A stretch of DNA of 64,000 bases from NCBI GenBank assembly GCA_037308085.1, contig CP147779.1:992001-1056000 (forward strand), given 5' to 3'. Each line of letters starts with the position of its first letter. Within the stretch, counting starts at the first letter, position 1. This stretch comes from Promethearchaeati archaeon SRVP18_Atabeyarchaeia-1 (GTDB taxonomy: Archaea; Asgardarchaeota; Atabeyarchaeia; Atabeyarchaeales; Atabeyarchaeaceae). Below are positions 20,301-32,165 of the stretch, one piece after another. Below the pieces are notes generated by a model that worked only from the letters and a program-made list of their open reading frames with translations, had not been told where the DNA came from and ran no database searches. The translations under genes were made by a program, and so were the position numbers.

Positions 20301-20644
20301 ACGCTGACATTGTACCTCTCGAAGACGCCTTTCTTCGCTGCTTCGTAACCACAGTTAAGCGCCGTCTGACCGCCAAATCCGAGTAGGATTCCATCAGGCC
20401 TTTCACATTCTATGATCTTCTCAACATAGTCCGCTTGGACGGGTACGAGATATACCCTGTCAGCTATTCTCGGATCAGTCTGGATTGTGGCGATATTGGG
20501 GTTGATGAGAACTGTCTCAATTCCCTCCTCTCTTAATGCCTTCAAGGCCTGCGAACCTGAGTAGTCGAACTCTCCCGCTTCGCCGATCTTGATCGACCCG
20601 CTCCCAAGAACCATTACCTTCTTCATATCAAGCATCTTGGGCAT
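17336..20644 (-). CDS. carB: Carbamoyl-phosphate synthase large subunit
   Basis: 'GEAGEFDYSG', duplicated ATP-grasp, 'NCNPETVSTDYD', MGS domain. Confidence 0.97.
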   Translation of the reverse strand: MPKMLDMKKVMVLGSGSIKIGEAGEFDYSGSQALKALREEGIETVLINPNIATIQTDPRIADRVYLVPVQADYVEKIIECERPDGILLGFGGQTALNCGYEAAKKGVFERYNVSVLGISIESIETADDRERFREAMIKQNISVPRSKIATSVVEAIDVAEGIGYPVMVRVAYALGGRGSGVAKNKEELTDIANRGLAQSMVRKILVEEYLGHWKEIEYEICRDNAGNCIAVCNMENFDPMGIHTGDSIVVAPSQTLNDHEYQLLRDVAFRVVRSLNIIGECNVQFALNPTSDEYRVIEINSRLSRSSALASKATGYPLAFIAAKLAIGYSLTELMNKVTKVTTACFEPAMDYIVVKIPRWDLKKFPKANRQIGTQMKSVGEVMGIGTCFEEALQKGVRMLEIGKLGLVCNRDEEERENTADLEYSLANPTDERLFKIVKALKQGFTIDKIHKLTGIDEFFLHKILGIVELERELRSTDRTQLSQDGKFPYYLRRAKEFGFSDIQVARCLGMTERDVREARKSLGIVPIVRQIDTLAAEWEAQTSYLFLTYGGIEDDLRFCSAEKRIIVIGSGTYRIGSSVEFDNSCVNTVWALKKLGVDQVVIINCNPETVSTDYDIADKLYFEELSYERVSDICDKEKPTGVIVSVGGQTPNNIALQLSLSGVHLLGTKADDIDRSEDRSKFSTLLTSLGIPQPRWMRLTDMEDAKKFCREIGYPVLVRPSYVLSGAAMRVALDEEELEIVLRLATEVSEDHPVVISKFVENAKECEVDAVCDGREVLIGAVIEHIESAGVHSGDATMTIPPTSLEDHIISTIEDYTEKIARALRICGPFNVQYLVRDSQVYVIECNLRASRSLPFVSKVTGVNLAFLATAFMLGKKLTDFDVQRRFAPPPHFGVKVPQFSFMRLDGADPILNVEMMSTGEVACIGEDLHETLLMSLCSAEVFIPTNGGKLFVSVGGRKLKEEMLPVVKAFEGAGYEIYATEHTADALRSSGVKVTTLYKVSEPERKPNVVEYITGHKLDIIINIASATTMDKYASMLDDEYVMRRKAVEFNIPVFTNLQLVRELSKAVSAQSSRKSSSRIPESGLKPLNCYVESKPWRLW

Positions 20645-20658
20645 ATTGTCATCCCTCC

Positions 20659-21819
20659 TCAGCTCCTTTTTCTAATCCACTCGGCAAAGATGTCAAAGAG
20701 GAATTCCAGTTCGCTCGGTCCAGGTGTGTGTTCGGGGTGGTGCTGGATAGACATTGCTCTCTTTGATTGATGCTTGACCCCTTCCACCGTTTTGTCATTT
20801 GCATTCAGAAAGGAGATCGTCAACCCTGTCTTTTCAAGAGAAGTAGGGTCGACTGCGAAACCGTGATTCGCGCTTGAAATATAGCATCGCCCAGAAGACA
20901 GATCTATAATCGGAGAGTTCACACTTCTGTGACCAAACTTCAACTTGTATGTGGAGCCACCTAGCGCCAGAGCAAATATCTGGTTACCGAGACATATCGA
21001 GAACATCGGCAGATTTTCGGAAAGAAGTCTCTCCACAGTTTCTATCGTTCTGACGCAAATCTTCGGATCGCCAGGACCGTTGCTGACCATGAAGCCATCA
21101 GGTTTGTACTCAAGGATAGCGTCTGGATCGCTGTCAAAGGGAACCTTAACCACCCTTAAACCTCTCTCAAGCATCTTTCTCAGAATCGAGTTCTTGGCGC
21201 CACAATCTATCAGGGCGACCGTAGGTTTTCCAGCTCCGCCGCCATCACCGTAAATCACCGGTTCCTTGCACGAAACTTCCGCCACTAGATCTGTCCTATT
21301 CGGATCTTCAATGGAGAGAGCTGATTCAGAAACATGCTCAGAGTCTACCTCTCCGCCTTCATCGAAGACCTCTATTCTACCCAGCATTACTCCGCGTGTC
21401 CTTAGCCGTTTGGTCAGCGCTCTGGTATCTATGCCCCATATTCCAGGAATTCCCTCAGAGTTCAACCATGCATCAAGGGTGAGCGCCGATGACCAGTGGC
21501 TTGGCTCTTTGCATTCCTCGTGTACAACTAGACCTCTAACCTTGATCGAGCTGGACTCGAACCATCTAGGGAGACCCCACGAGTCAACCTCCCGGAGAAG
21601 GGGGACGCCATAGTTTCCGATTAATGGGTACGTATATACCAGAATCTGCCCCCAATAGGAGGGATCCGTAAGAGCCTCGTTGTAGCCATACATTGCGGTG
21701 TTGAAGACGACTTCACCCGAGACTCTGTGGAAAGCACCGAAACTGAAACCCTGGAAGACAGTTCCGTCTTCGAGAATGAGGGCAGCCTTTCTGTTCCCAT
21801 GGTGCCCCAATCGATCCAA
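20659..21819 (-). CDS. carA: Carbamoyl-phosphate synthase small subunit
   Basis: 'GEVVFNT', 'TDPSY', 'SNGPGDP', ICLG, HPE. Confidence 0.96.
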   Translation of the reverse strand: MDRLGHHGNRKAALILEDGTVFQGFSFGAFHRVSGEVVFNTAMYGYNEALTDPSYWGQILVYTYPLIGNYGVPLLREVDSWGLPRWFESSSIKVRGLVVHEECKEPSHWSSALTLDAWLNSEGIPGIWGIDTRALTKRLRTRGVMLGRIEVFDEGGEVDSEHVSESALSIEDPNRTDLVAEVSCKEPVIYGDGGGAGKPTVALIDCGAKNSILRKMLERGLRVVKVPFDSDPDAILEYKPDGFMVSNGPGDPKICVRTIETVERLLSENLPMFSICLGNQIFALALGGSTYKLKFGHRSVNSPIIDLSSGRCYISSANHGFAVDPTSLEKTGLTISFLNANDKTVEGVKHQSKRAMSIQHHPEHTPGPSELEFLFDIFAEWIRKRS

Positions 21820-21892
21820 AAATCGCAGCCCTTGAAGTATCGTGCAAATGCCACTTATAAGTATTTTCTTCTTGAAACGGAATTTGGCCCAA

Positions 21893-22231
21893 CTAGTTCT
21901 TGTTCTTCAACGACCTGACAGCCGAGTCCCCCTCAGATTTTGCTTGCTCCCACTGTGACACTATCTTCTGATAAGCGGTCGGGGATGGATCCTTCCTGTA
22001 ATTCGAGAACAGTTCGACTAGCTTAGCTATGTCTCCCAAAAAGGGTAATCTCGAGATTATCATCTGCTCCTTCGAAACATCGACTTCGAGAATGACTGCG
22101 TTCTCCAAGGTCATAGAATCGCCTAGAACCTTTCTAATTGTGAGACACCCGTTCTTCATTGTTGCTTTCACGATGTCTTCAGCTATTCTTTTTGAAGGAT
22201 CATCTTTATCGTATACAGTAAATTCGCACAT
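21893..22231 (-). CDS. CooT family nickel-binding protein with C-terminal helical extension
   Basis: N-terminal 'MCE' with 'EDIV', 'LG' and 'I.EVD' CooT pattern. Confidence 0.65.
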   Translation of the reverse strand: MCEFTVYDKDDPSKRIAEDIVKATMKNGCLTIRKVLGDSMTLENAVILEVDVSKEQMIISRLPFLGDIAKLVELFSNYRKDPSPTAYQKIVSQWEQAKSEGDSAVRSLKNKN

Positions 22232-22272
22232 CTTTGAACAACCTCTTCCAACGGTTTTCCAGAATAGCTCCG

Positions 22273-23880
22273 CTATTCAACTTTCTTACCGCCGTAGAAA
22301 ATCCTCATGGCTTCATTAATGTTTTCCAGTATTTCGTTTGGGGTTAGACTGTCTCCGACTTTGGAGAAAGCAATGTCTCCTGCTTTTCCACAGGCGAATG
22401 CCGCAGCCGCGGCTGCCTCAAAAGGCAATCTGGTCCAAGATAGGAAGGTGGCTGCCATGCCAGAGAGAACATCACCCACCCCTCCTTTTGCCATTCCGGG
22501 GTTTCCCGTGAAATTGACCTTCGACCTGTTCCCGTCGCTGACAACTGCAATCCCGTTAGCTCTCTTCAGGAGAAGCGTGACTCCAAGCTTCTTCGCTTGC
22601 TTCGACACTTTCTCTAGAACTTCTTCGAGTTTATCTGTGGCACTAATCTCGGATCCCGTGAGAATCTTGAATTCTCCTAAGTGTGGCGTAAGAATCGCAT
22701 CTGTGCCGCGCAAAAGCGATTCGTTTCCTACAAGTAACTTCAAGCCATCTGCATCTATTACCGTGGGTGTCTTCCTGCTACCGATTCTCTTCAGAACTTC
22801 GGTAAACCCTTTCCTGGTGTCATCACTTAGTCCCAACCCGGGACCTACCACTACAGTGCTGGCCCATTCAAGTAGTTCATCAATTACCGGAGTGGCTTCA
22901 GGTGATAGCACCTTGCCAGGCAAATCCCTGACTATCAACGTTGGGGAGAAACCTCTTATTACATTTGACACTGATGAAGGAGCCGCTATGATTGCGAGTC
23001 CAGCCCCAGTTCTCAGAGCCGACAAAGCTGAGAAGCAAGGGGCCCCAGAATATTGGCTACTACCCCCGATGACAAGGATCCTTCCATAGTCGCCCTTGTG
23101 TGAGTCTCTGAGCCTAGGCTTGACAACGCGCCTGACGTCTCCAGGTCCAACCACCAGTTCAGCTTCAGGCGGGATGCCGATTCCTTTCACTTTGATCTCA
23201 CCTGTGCACTCGGGGCATGAAGGCAAACCCTTCTTCATTCTATGGAAGACAACTGTCGCGTCGGCGCGGACTGCAACGCCACTCACTTCACCTGTGTCTG
23301 GATTGACGCCTGATGGAATGTCAACCGCCACCTTAAGCGCACCAGAACTGTTTATCAGGGCTATTGCACCCGCAGCTGGCTCCCTAATCTTTCCCTTAAT
23401 CCCCGTTCCAAAGATTGCGTCGATGATAACATCAGACTCTTTTGCGATTGCAGCGATTGAGTCTAGTTCGGACGAGTCTCTCACGACGTGTTTCCTTACA
23501 CTGAATACCATCTTGTCAATAGCCTTATAGTTCTGCGAAGCTTCAGCCGTGTGGATCTCTTGAGGCGAACCCAAGAGTACGAAATCGACAAATGCGCCCA
23601 TGTGCGCCAAGTGCCTCGCGGCGACAGAGCCATCTCCGCCATTATTACCCATCCCAGCGAACACTGCGATCTTCTTGCCTTCAACCTTATCGCCAAGCTT
23701 CGCTGAAACAAAGTCGGCTACCTCTTTGCCCGCGTTTTCCATCAGGCAAAGTGTGGACACCCCGAGATACGCGGTATTCTCGTCGAGGACTGCCACCTCC
23801 TCAGAAGTCATGAGTTCCCCGATACCCCAGTAAGTAGCCTTTGTTGCTGATTTTGAACCAGCGTAACTCTGTCCGGGCAT
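22273..23880 (-). CDS. nnr: Bifunctional NAD(P)H-hydrate epimerase/dehydratase
   Basis: 'LMENAG', 'GNNGGDG', 'DIPSG', 'SHKGDYG', 'DADG', 'TPH.GEF', 'GG.GDVL'. Confidence 0.93.
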   Translation of the reverse strand: MPGQSYAGSKSATKATYWGIGELMTSEEVAVLDENTAYLGVSTLCLMENAGKEVADFVSAKLGDKVEGKKIAVFAGMGNNGGDGSVAARHLAHMGAFVDFVLLGSPQEIHTAEASQNYKAIDKMVFSVRKHVVRDSSELDSIAAIAKESDVIIDAIFGTGIKGKIREPAAGAIALINSSGALKVAVDIPSGVNPDTGEVSGVAVRADATVVFHRMKKGLPSCPECTGEIKVKGIGIPPEAELVVGPGDVRRVVKPRLRDSHKGDYGRILVIGGSSQYSGAPCFSALSALRTGAGLAIIAAPSSVSNVIRGFSPTLIVRDLPGKVLSPEATPVIDELLEWASTVVVGPGLGLSDDTRKGFTEVLKRIGSRKTPTVIDADGLKLLVGNESLLRGTDAILTPHLGEFKILTGSEISATDKLEEVLEKVSKQAKKLGVTLLLKRANGIAVVSDGNRSKVNFTGNPGMAKGGVGDVLSGMAATFLSWTRLPFEAAAAAAFACGKAGDIAFSKVGDSLTPNEILENINEAMRIFYGGKKVE

Positions 23881-23998
23881 TTGAGTACCTCCTGATGATC
23901 TTGATTCCTTTCCATCCGGATGCCAAAACCAGTCGGATAAATGTCGCTAGCAGACTAATAAGGCGCCTAGCTAATATTCTGCTTTTCTATTGGTAACT

Positions 23999-24790
23999 TC
24001 ATCGCGACTTGGCTAGTTCATCCCTGTGAACCATGAAACCAGCGTCCCTATGCTTCACATACACATCCTTGAGGCCTGTTGCCCGAGCTAGCCTCGTCAG
24101 GTCTCCAGAGGTTGGAGCCCTAATTCTTCTCATGTTCTCGTCTCTGGCATGCTCGGGAAGGAATTCCTGTAAGGTGTAGCTTGCGGTCTTCTCTGAAGCT
24201 CTGGCATCATAACCCAGGGATCTCAGAATCTCACCTATTCTCTCGAAATCCCTTTCTCTATCATTCAAGGTTGGAACCACCGTTGTTCTGATGTCCAAGT
24301 AGATTTCGTCGTGCCTCAGCAATTCCTTCAAGGTCATCATTGTGTTGTTAGCGATTTCCCTCCCCCTGCCAGGCAGCCCAACCAGTTTCTCCATGAGATT
24401 TGGATCATCTGGCGGGGCTTTCAGATCCAGGGATATGAGATCAGAATATGGTATCAGCATGATGGTGACCCCATGCAGGAATCCGTTTGTGTCAAACCCG
24501 AATAGTAGTCCCCTTTTCCTGCAATGATTGCTGACTTCCTTAATGAGATCAGGGTACAGTGTGGGCTCTCCGCCGGTGATCTTGACAGCCTCTATTGTGG
24601 AGCTCGCGCTGTCTATGACCCTGAAAACTTCCTCTATTTCCTTACTATCCTCGGGCTTCGCTTCGAGTATTCTCCAATTTTGGCAGAACGGGCAGTTATA
24701 ATTACATCTGGGGGTGAAGATTACTGCTGCAGGTCTCCCGATATAGTCGACTGAGCTTAGGTCAAGTGATCCTGCAACAAGGACTCTCAT
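23999..24790 (-). CDS. nrdG: Anaerobic ribonucleotide reductase activating radical SAM protein
   Basis: CNYNCPFCQN, 'S.VDY.G', GGEPT, DTNG, 'RTTVVP'; start at ATG 24790 behind GGAGG. Confidence 0.82.
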   Translation of the reverse strand: MRVLVAGSLDLSSVDYIGRPAAVIFTPRCNYNCPFCQNWRILEAKPEDSKEIEEVFRVIDSASSTIEAVKITGGEPTLYPDLIKEVSNHCRKRGLLFGFDTNGFLHGVTIMLIPYSDLISLDLKAPPDDPNLMEKLVGLPGRGREIANNTMMTLKELLRHDEIYLDIRTTVVPTLNDRERDFERIGEILRSLGYDARASEKTASYTLQEFLPEHARDENMRRIRAPTSGDLTRLARATGLKDVYVKHRDAGFMVHRDELAKSR

Positions 24791-24961
24791 TTTCTTGCTT
24801 TTCCTCCAACGGAGGATGCTTAACGCGGGGAGTGAAGCAGAGCAAAGAGCTGAGTCAGTTCTCTGCATTGGGGCAACCAGAATCGCCCCTATCTGCGGGC
24901 TTACGTCGTTCATCTAGAGATATGAATACTTACGTGTCTCTTCTACAACGGTCAAATTTGA

Positions 24962-25720
24962 CTAAGTGTAGATAGATGCAGAGCTATTCTTCATATCCTG
25001 TTGCTTCACTCTTTCCGTGTGTGTTGCAAGCACCTGCAGTTGCTTCTGGATAGTCTTGGCTTGCTCTAGAAGCGATTTGACATCCACGGTGACTCCACGA
25101 ACATCACCCAATACCCTGACTATCTCCGCTGCCGCCGCTGGATCTGGCACCTCCTCCAAGGCTTCCACAATCAAACAGAGTCCATTAAGATCCCTCATAA
25201 GGCACTCATTCATTATGGCTCCGGGCATGCCTGCGACGAACCCCGCCTGCAGGCGTGGGATGTCGTGCTCCTTTAGTTCATCCAACACATCTGGTTCGGC
25301 AGCGCCAAAGACAATCGGTTTCTTCTTGTCATCCTTCCTCGGTATTCCTTCAACGCATATCAACTCGGAGGCGTCGTTTTTCTGGGACCACTCGCATATT
25401 GCATAGGCATAGTATGGAAGAGACATGCTTGGTACCGCAACCTCGGATATTACCACGACGAGTTTGCCATCCTTACTTGCATACAGCCTGATTGGAGCCC
25501 TCAAAATTCCACTGTAAAAAGGCGATATCGGAGGCGTGAACGGTGACCTTATTGCCCCGATCAAATCCATATCTAGCGTCTGTACCATATGATGTGTGAC
25601 TATCGTTCCAACGAGTCCTGGTCCAGGAAACCCGACTATGACCATTGGTTTATTGAGCGTGACCTTCTTCGTCTCAACTATTTCAGCGCCACGCGCTGTT
25701 TCCATAGGCAAAACCATCAT
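24962..25720 (-). CDS. PAC2 family proteasome assembly chaperone
   Basis: 'GFPGPGLVG', 'PIRLY', 'PDP.AAA'. Confidence 0.9.
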   Translation of the reverse strand: MMVLPMETARGAEIVETKKVTLNKPMVIVGFPGPGLVGTIVTHHMVQTLDMDLIGAIRSPFTPPISPFYSGILRAPIRLYASKDGKLVVVISEVAVPSMSLPYYAYAICEWSQKNDASELICVEGIPRKDDKKKPIVFGAAEPDVLDELKEHDIPRLQAGFVAGMPGAIMNECLMRDLNGLCLIVEALEEVPDPAAAAEIVRVLGDVRGVTVDVKSLLEQAKTIQKQLQVLATHTERVKQQDMKNSSASIYT

Positions 25721-25917
25721 TAGTGCTGCACACCTTCATTCGTTTTCAGTCATGGATCGATGCTCGACCCATGTGAAGATAAGGATATAATATGTGGCTT
25801 TGCATTTAAAGGTAGAAGCCTCGAGGCGCTCATCAAGCAGCTTCTGCTTGCCAGCGTGATATGATAGATCGACAATGGCGACGGGCTCGTTCTCCGCCGG
25901 AGAGATGTACACAACAG

Positions 25918-26469
25918 TTGGAAGACAATACAATATCACCTTCGGATGAAATCGAAGTCCCGTTTGTTTCTTCTTCAGAGTTGATTACAGCGAAAATGCT
26001 CGAAATAGTTAAACTCAGCGCAAATGATCTTCTCTTCGACCTTGGATCAGGTGATGGCAGAATCGTGATTGCAGGCTGCCAGAACCACGGGGCGAGATGC
26101 ATCGGCATCGAGAGGAAAAGAGCGCTAGTTGAAGAATCAACGAAAAAGATTAGGGAACTCGGTCTATCCCGAAGAGCCGCCATAGTCCTTGGCGATTTTC
26201 ACTCAATTGATCTGGGTAGCGCTGACGTAGTAGTCTCCTATCTTCTAACGCTTGTCAACAAACAGCTTGAATCCAAACTCGATAGGGAGCTCGAACCGAA
26301 GGCTCGGGTAATCAGCCATGATTTCGAATTTCCAGACTGGAAGCCAACTGAATTCGTCGAAGTTAATGAAGGAATGCTTGACCATAAGATCTACCTCTAC
26401 GTCAAAGAGAACGCCGAAGGCTTCAAGAGGAAAACCGGAAAACCGCAACCCAATTGGCGGCCACTGTGA
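25918..26469 (+). CDS. Class I SAM-dependent methyltransferase (archaeal protein-lysine methyltransferase-like)
   Basis: 'VPFV', 'DLGSGDGRIV', 'ADVV..YL', 'RVISHDF..PDW.P'. Confidence 0.8.
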   Translation: MEDNTISPSDEIEVPFVSSSELITAKMLEIVKLSANDLLFDLGSGDGRIVIAGCQNHGARCIGIERKRALVEESTKKIRELGLSRRAAIVLGDFHSIDLGSADVVVSYLLTLVNKQLESKLDRELEPKARVISHDFEFPDWKPTEFVEVNEGMLDHKIYLYVKENAEGFKRKTGKPQPNWRPL

Positions 26470-26496
26470 CCTTGTTCGGAGCTCGTCGGCTACTAG

Positions 26497-28002
26497 TTAG
26501 CCTACTTTACCAAGCAACATACCTTCAACAGTTATTGGCTCCGTCTTCATGGCCAATGCTTGAGCCTCGGACAGTTTCCCTTCACTCTCAGAATAGATCT
26601 CAATTAGCGGGTCGCCCTTCTTGACTATGTAGCCCCTTTTGGCATGGAGCTTGATCCCTGCCCCCTTATCAATAGGTGACCCAGCAGCTCTAGCTATATT
26701 CTTTATTGCATTGTTATCCACGCTCACTACGTAGCCATCAGCAGGTGACAGCAATTTGATCCTATGGGTGCCAATGGGGATATCTTCGGGTTTGACTCGT
26801 GGGTCTCCACCTTGCGCTTCTATTATTTCCCTCATTTTCTGTAGGGCCTTACCGCTTGCGAGTATCTCCTTCGCTCTATCTTGTCCTCGTCCCCTCGGCG
26901 TCGCACCGCTCATCTCAAGGAGTAGACCTGCCAAGGCAGTTGACTTCTCAATTAAGCTCGTGGGTCCGTTTCCGGAAAGAGCTTCAAGCGCCTCCTTAGC
27001 TTCCAAAGCTGGGCCAACTGTGTGCCCAACTGGTTGATCTCCATAGGTTATCCCACACTCAACTTTGACTCCGAACCTCTGCCCCAATTCAACGAACTCG
27101 CGGCCAAGGCTTTGAGCTTGCTCGATGTCATCAACTTTGGTGCCGCGCCCGACGGGGATGTCAAGCGTCAGGAAATCAATGCCGACTGCGAGCTTCTTTG
27201 CCATGATTGAGGCAAGCATTTGGGCTTTCGGGTTGATCTCAAGTGAATACTCGACGCGCATGAACAGATCGTCGGCGGGGGCTAGATTGAGTGACCCACC
27301 CCACACGATTACGCCTTTTGTCTTCTTAGCGATCCCCTTCAACTCGTCAGCCCTGAAGGAGATGGGTGCGAGGACGCCCATAGTGTCCGCCGTACCAGAC
27401 GCAGAAGTTATCGCCTTGCTGCTCGTCTTAGGTATGAGAAGACCGGCTGACGCTACTATCGGAACGATCAGCAAACTGACTTTGTTGCCCGGAACCCCAC
27501 CGATGGAATGCTTATCATAAGCAGGCTCCTCAAAATCAATGGTCTCGCCGCTACCAACTATGGCCTCAGTCAGTGACTTGACCTCATTGATGTCAAATCC
27601 TTCATACTGCTCAGCGAAAAGAAGACCTGCAAGCTCCAAGTCGCTGAGGTTTCCCTCCATGACATCCTTGACTATGGTGTCTATCTCATCCTTCGCCAGC
27701 TTTGCTCCCTTCATCTTTTTCCTGATGAATCCTATTGATTCAGGTGCCACCGTGAGTCCAACTTGAACAGGTTCGCCATCCCCGATACAGAGTTCTGACT
27801 GAACATTCCCATAGATCCCTATTTGACCTAGATCAATGAAGGACTTGGTTATCTCAACTATCGCTGTTATCCTTCTGTTGCTCGTCCTCAGCGTTACGCG
27901 ATCGTACACATTGATCCCTTCCCGATCAGCGTCAGAACTGTTGATGAGGACTTCTCTTTTGTTAGAAACTATGTCCAATAGCTTGGCTCTAAATTGCACC
28001 AT
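26497..28002 (-). CDS. AMP phosphorylase
   Basis: N-terminal double-psi-like domain, 'DKHSIGGVPGN', 'PKTSS.AITS.SGTAD'. Confidence 0.93.
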   Translation of the reverse strand: MVQFRAKLLDIVSNKREVLINSSDADREGINVYDRVTLRTSNRRITAIVEITKSFIDLGQIGIYGNVQSELCIGDGEPVQVGLTVAPESIGFIRKKMKGAKLAKDEIDTIVKDVMEGNLSDLELAGLLFAEQYEGFDINEVKSLTEAIVGSGETIDFEEPAYDKHSIGGVPGNKVSLLIVPIVASAGLLIPKTSSKAITSASGTADTMGVLAPISFRADELKGIAKKTKGVIVWGGSLNLAPADDLFMRVEYSLEINPKAQMLASIMAKKLAVGIDFLTLDIPVGRGTKVDDIEQAQSLGREFVELGQRFGVKVECGITYGDQPVGHTVGPALEAKEALEALSGNGPTSLIEKSTALAGLLLEMSGATPRGRGQDRAKEILASGKALQKMREIIEAQGGDPRVKPEDIPIGTHRIKLLSPADGYVVSVDNNAIKNIARAAGSPIDKGAGIKLHAKRGYIVKKGDPLIEIYSESEGKLSEAQALAMKTEPITVEGMLLGKVG

Positions 28003-28017
28003 CGATCAACTCCTCTT

Positions 28018-28938
28018 TCAACCATCCTTCAACTCCTCGACATACCGCTCGGCCAAGAAAGCTGCAAGCGCCCCGTCGCCGACTGCCGTCGCAACTTGTC
28101 TGAAGGGTTTCGATCGGCAATCGCCGGCAGCGAAGACTCCTCGCATCGAAGTTTCCAGGTTTTCGTTCGTGACTATGAACTTGTTATCATCTTTCCTTAC
28201 ATCAATGAAGTCCGTATTTGGGTTATTCCCAACGTATATGAAGACGCCATCAACGGCAAGTTCCCTGCTCCTGCTACTGTTCAGATCCTTAACGATGACG
28301 CCTTCTAACTTGTCTTGCCCTATGAACTTGTCAACGACCGAGTCCCACAGGAACTCGAACTTGGGATTTGACATCGCCTTTTTCTGAATTATCTTCTCAG
28401 CTCTGAGTTTGGTCCTCCTGTGAACAACATAGATCTTCCTCACGAGCTTGGAAAGGTAAAGAGCCTCTTTGATAGCTGCGTCTCCTCCGCCAACCACACA
28501 TACGTCCTTGTTCTGGAAGAATCGACCGTCACAGGTTGCGCAGTAAGATACGCCTTTTCCAATGAGCTTCTCTTCACCTTCAAGCCCTAGCCTCTTAGCT
28601 TGGGTGCCAGATGCAACTATCACGCTCTTTGCCTTGTAACTTGCGTCTCCAGTCTTTACCAGCTTAGCTTTTCCATTGTTTAGCACCTGCACAACCTCTT
28701 CGTTCACTATGGCTAACCCGAACTTCTTCGCTTGATCCTCCATTAGGCGAGTTAGCTCCACACCGCTTATCTCGGCAAACCCAGGGTAGTTCTCCAGCGT
28801 TTCTGTCAGTGCGATTTGGCCACCCGGGCAGAACTTCTCGATAAGCAGTGTGTTCAGGGCGCCTCTCGCGGCGTAGATGCCTGCCGTTAGACCAGCAGGA
28901 CCTCCGCCAATTATGATCAGATCAACAACTTCCGACAT
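28018..28938 (-). CDS. trxB: Thioredoxin-disulfide reductase
   Basis: GGGPAG, CATCD, GGGDAA, 'HRR..LRA', AAGD. Confidence 0.93.
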   Translation of the reverse strand: MSEVVDLIIIGGGPAGLTAGIYAARGALNTLLIEKFCPGGQIALTETLENYPGFAEISGVELTRLMEDQAKKFGLAIVNEEVVQVLNNGKAKLVKTGDASYKAKSVIVASGTQAKRLGLEGEEKLIGKGVSYCATCDGRFFQNKDVCVVGGGDAAIKEALYLSKLVRKIYVVHRRTKLRAEKIIQKKAMSNPKFEFLWDSVVDKFIGQDKLEGVIVKDLNSSRSRELAVDGVFIYVGNNPNTDFIDVRKDDNKFIVTNENLETSMRGVFAAGDCRSKPFRQVATAVGDGALAAFLAERYVEELKDG

Positions 28939-29178
28939 GACCCACGCAACTCCAAGGTGAGGATTGATTGTCTGCGACAATAATAGTCTTGGCGCAATTA
29001 TCAGTCATAGCAATCATCTTCCTGGTTCCATTGAATTGGCTGACAGCGCTAGGAGCAATAGTGCCGAGGTAAACATGATCCGTTTCAATAAGAGATCGCT
29101 CTTATCAGGTGGCGAGGAGATCAGAAGCGCCAGGCCGCCAACTATTCTCGAACTCTCTGCCAACGTTGATTTGAGGCG

Positions 29179-29724
29179 CTAGCTGCCAACCAGCGTTTCA
29201 TCAGCGCTTTCTGGTAAATTGTCTTTCGAAATGGAGTACTGGTTCATGACGCTTTCCTTAACATAGATTGGGCAACTGGCTCTAACTGCCACGGCGATAC
29301 AATCACTCGGTCTCGCATCAACCTTGGTACTAGCGCCGCTCAATTGAAGCAGAAGTCTTCCGATGTAAATACCGTTAACGACATCAATGATCGCTACACT
29401 GTCAACGCTAGTATTCAGTTCCCTGAGGATAGACACGATCAAGTCGTGTGTGCTGGGTCTCTGCGGTTTTGCCCTGAGGATAGCCATCTCGATTGACGAT
29501 GCCTCAGCTGGCCCTATGAATATGGGAAGAATCCTTCCCTTGTTGTCGCTCAGAACTACAACTGGAGATGGTCCTCCCTTTGTCTGCGCCACATAAACTC
29601 CTGACACTGAGACAGTGACTTTCTCTTCTAGTTCTTCAGACAGGTCTTTCACCTTCAGCGGTTTGCAGCAACTTCCACTTGGCGGTGAACCTCCCCCGGA
29701 TCTTGGTTCACGCATTCCTTCCAA
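29179..29724 (-). CDS. Bifunctional nuclease family protein (DUF151)
   Basis: 'LPIFIG..EA..I', 'RP.THDL', 'DARPSD.IA.A.R'. Confidence 0.9.
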   Translation of the reverse strand: MEGMREPRSGGGSPPSGSCCKPLKVKDLSEELEEKVTVSVSGVYVAQTKGGPSPVVVLSDNKGRILPIFIGPAEASSIEMAILRAKPQRPSTHDLIVSILRELNTSVDSVAIIDVVNGIYIGRLLLQLSGASTKVDARPSDCIAVAVRASCPIYVKESVMNQYSISKDNLPESADETLVGS

Positions 29725-29814
29725 GGAAAAGGCCAGGCTGGAAGTCTATTCGGGTTCAACTGACGAAATCGATTCGTACTTATTTTAATTTTTCTCTCAT
29801 CAAGAAAAGGGAGG

Positions 29815-32106
<2,292 letters not shown>

Positions 32107-32165
32107 TTAATGTTATTCCTTAGGCAGTGGGCTAATAAACCCTGTGAAGAGGCGGCAGAGTAAGT

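Noticed and set aside
22307-23530. Long antisense ORFs over nnr (similar ones over ths, carB and cdc48)
   Set aside because: Typical shadow frames of conserved genes, with no motifs.
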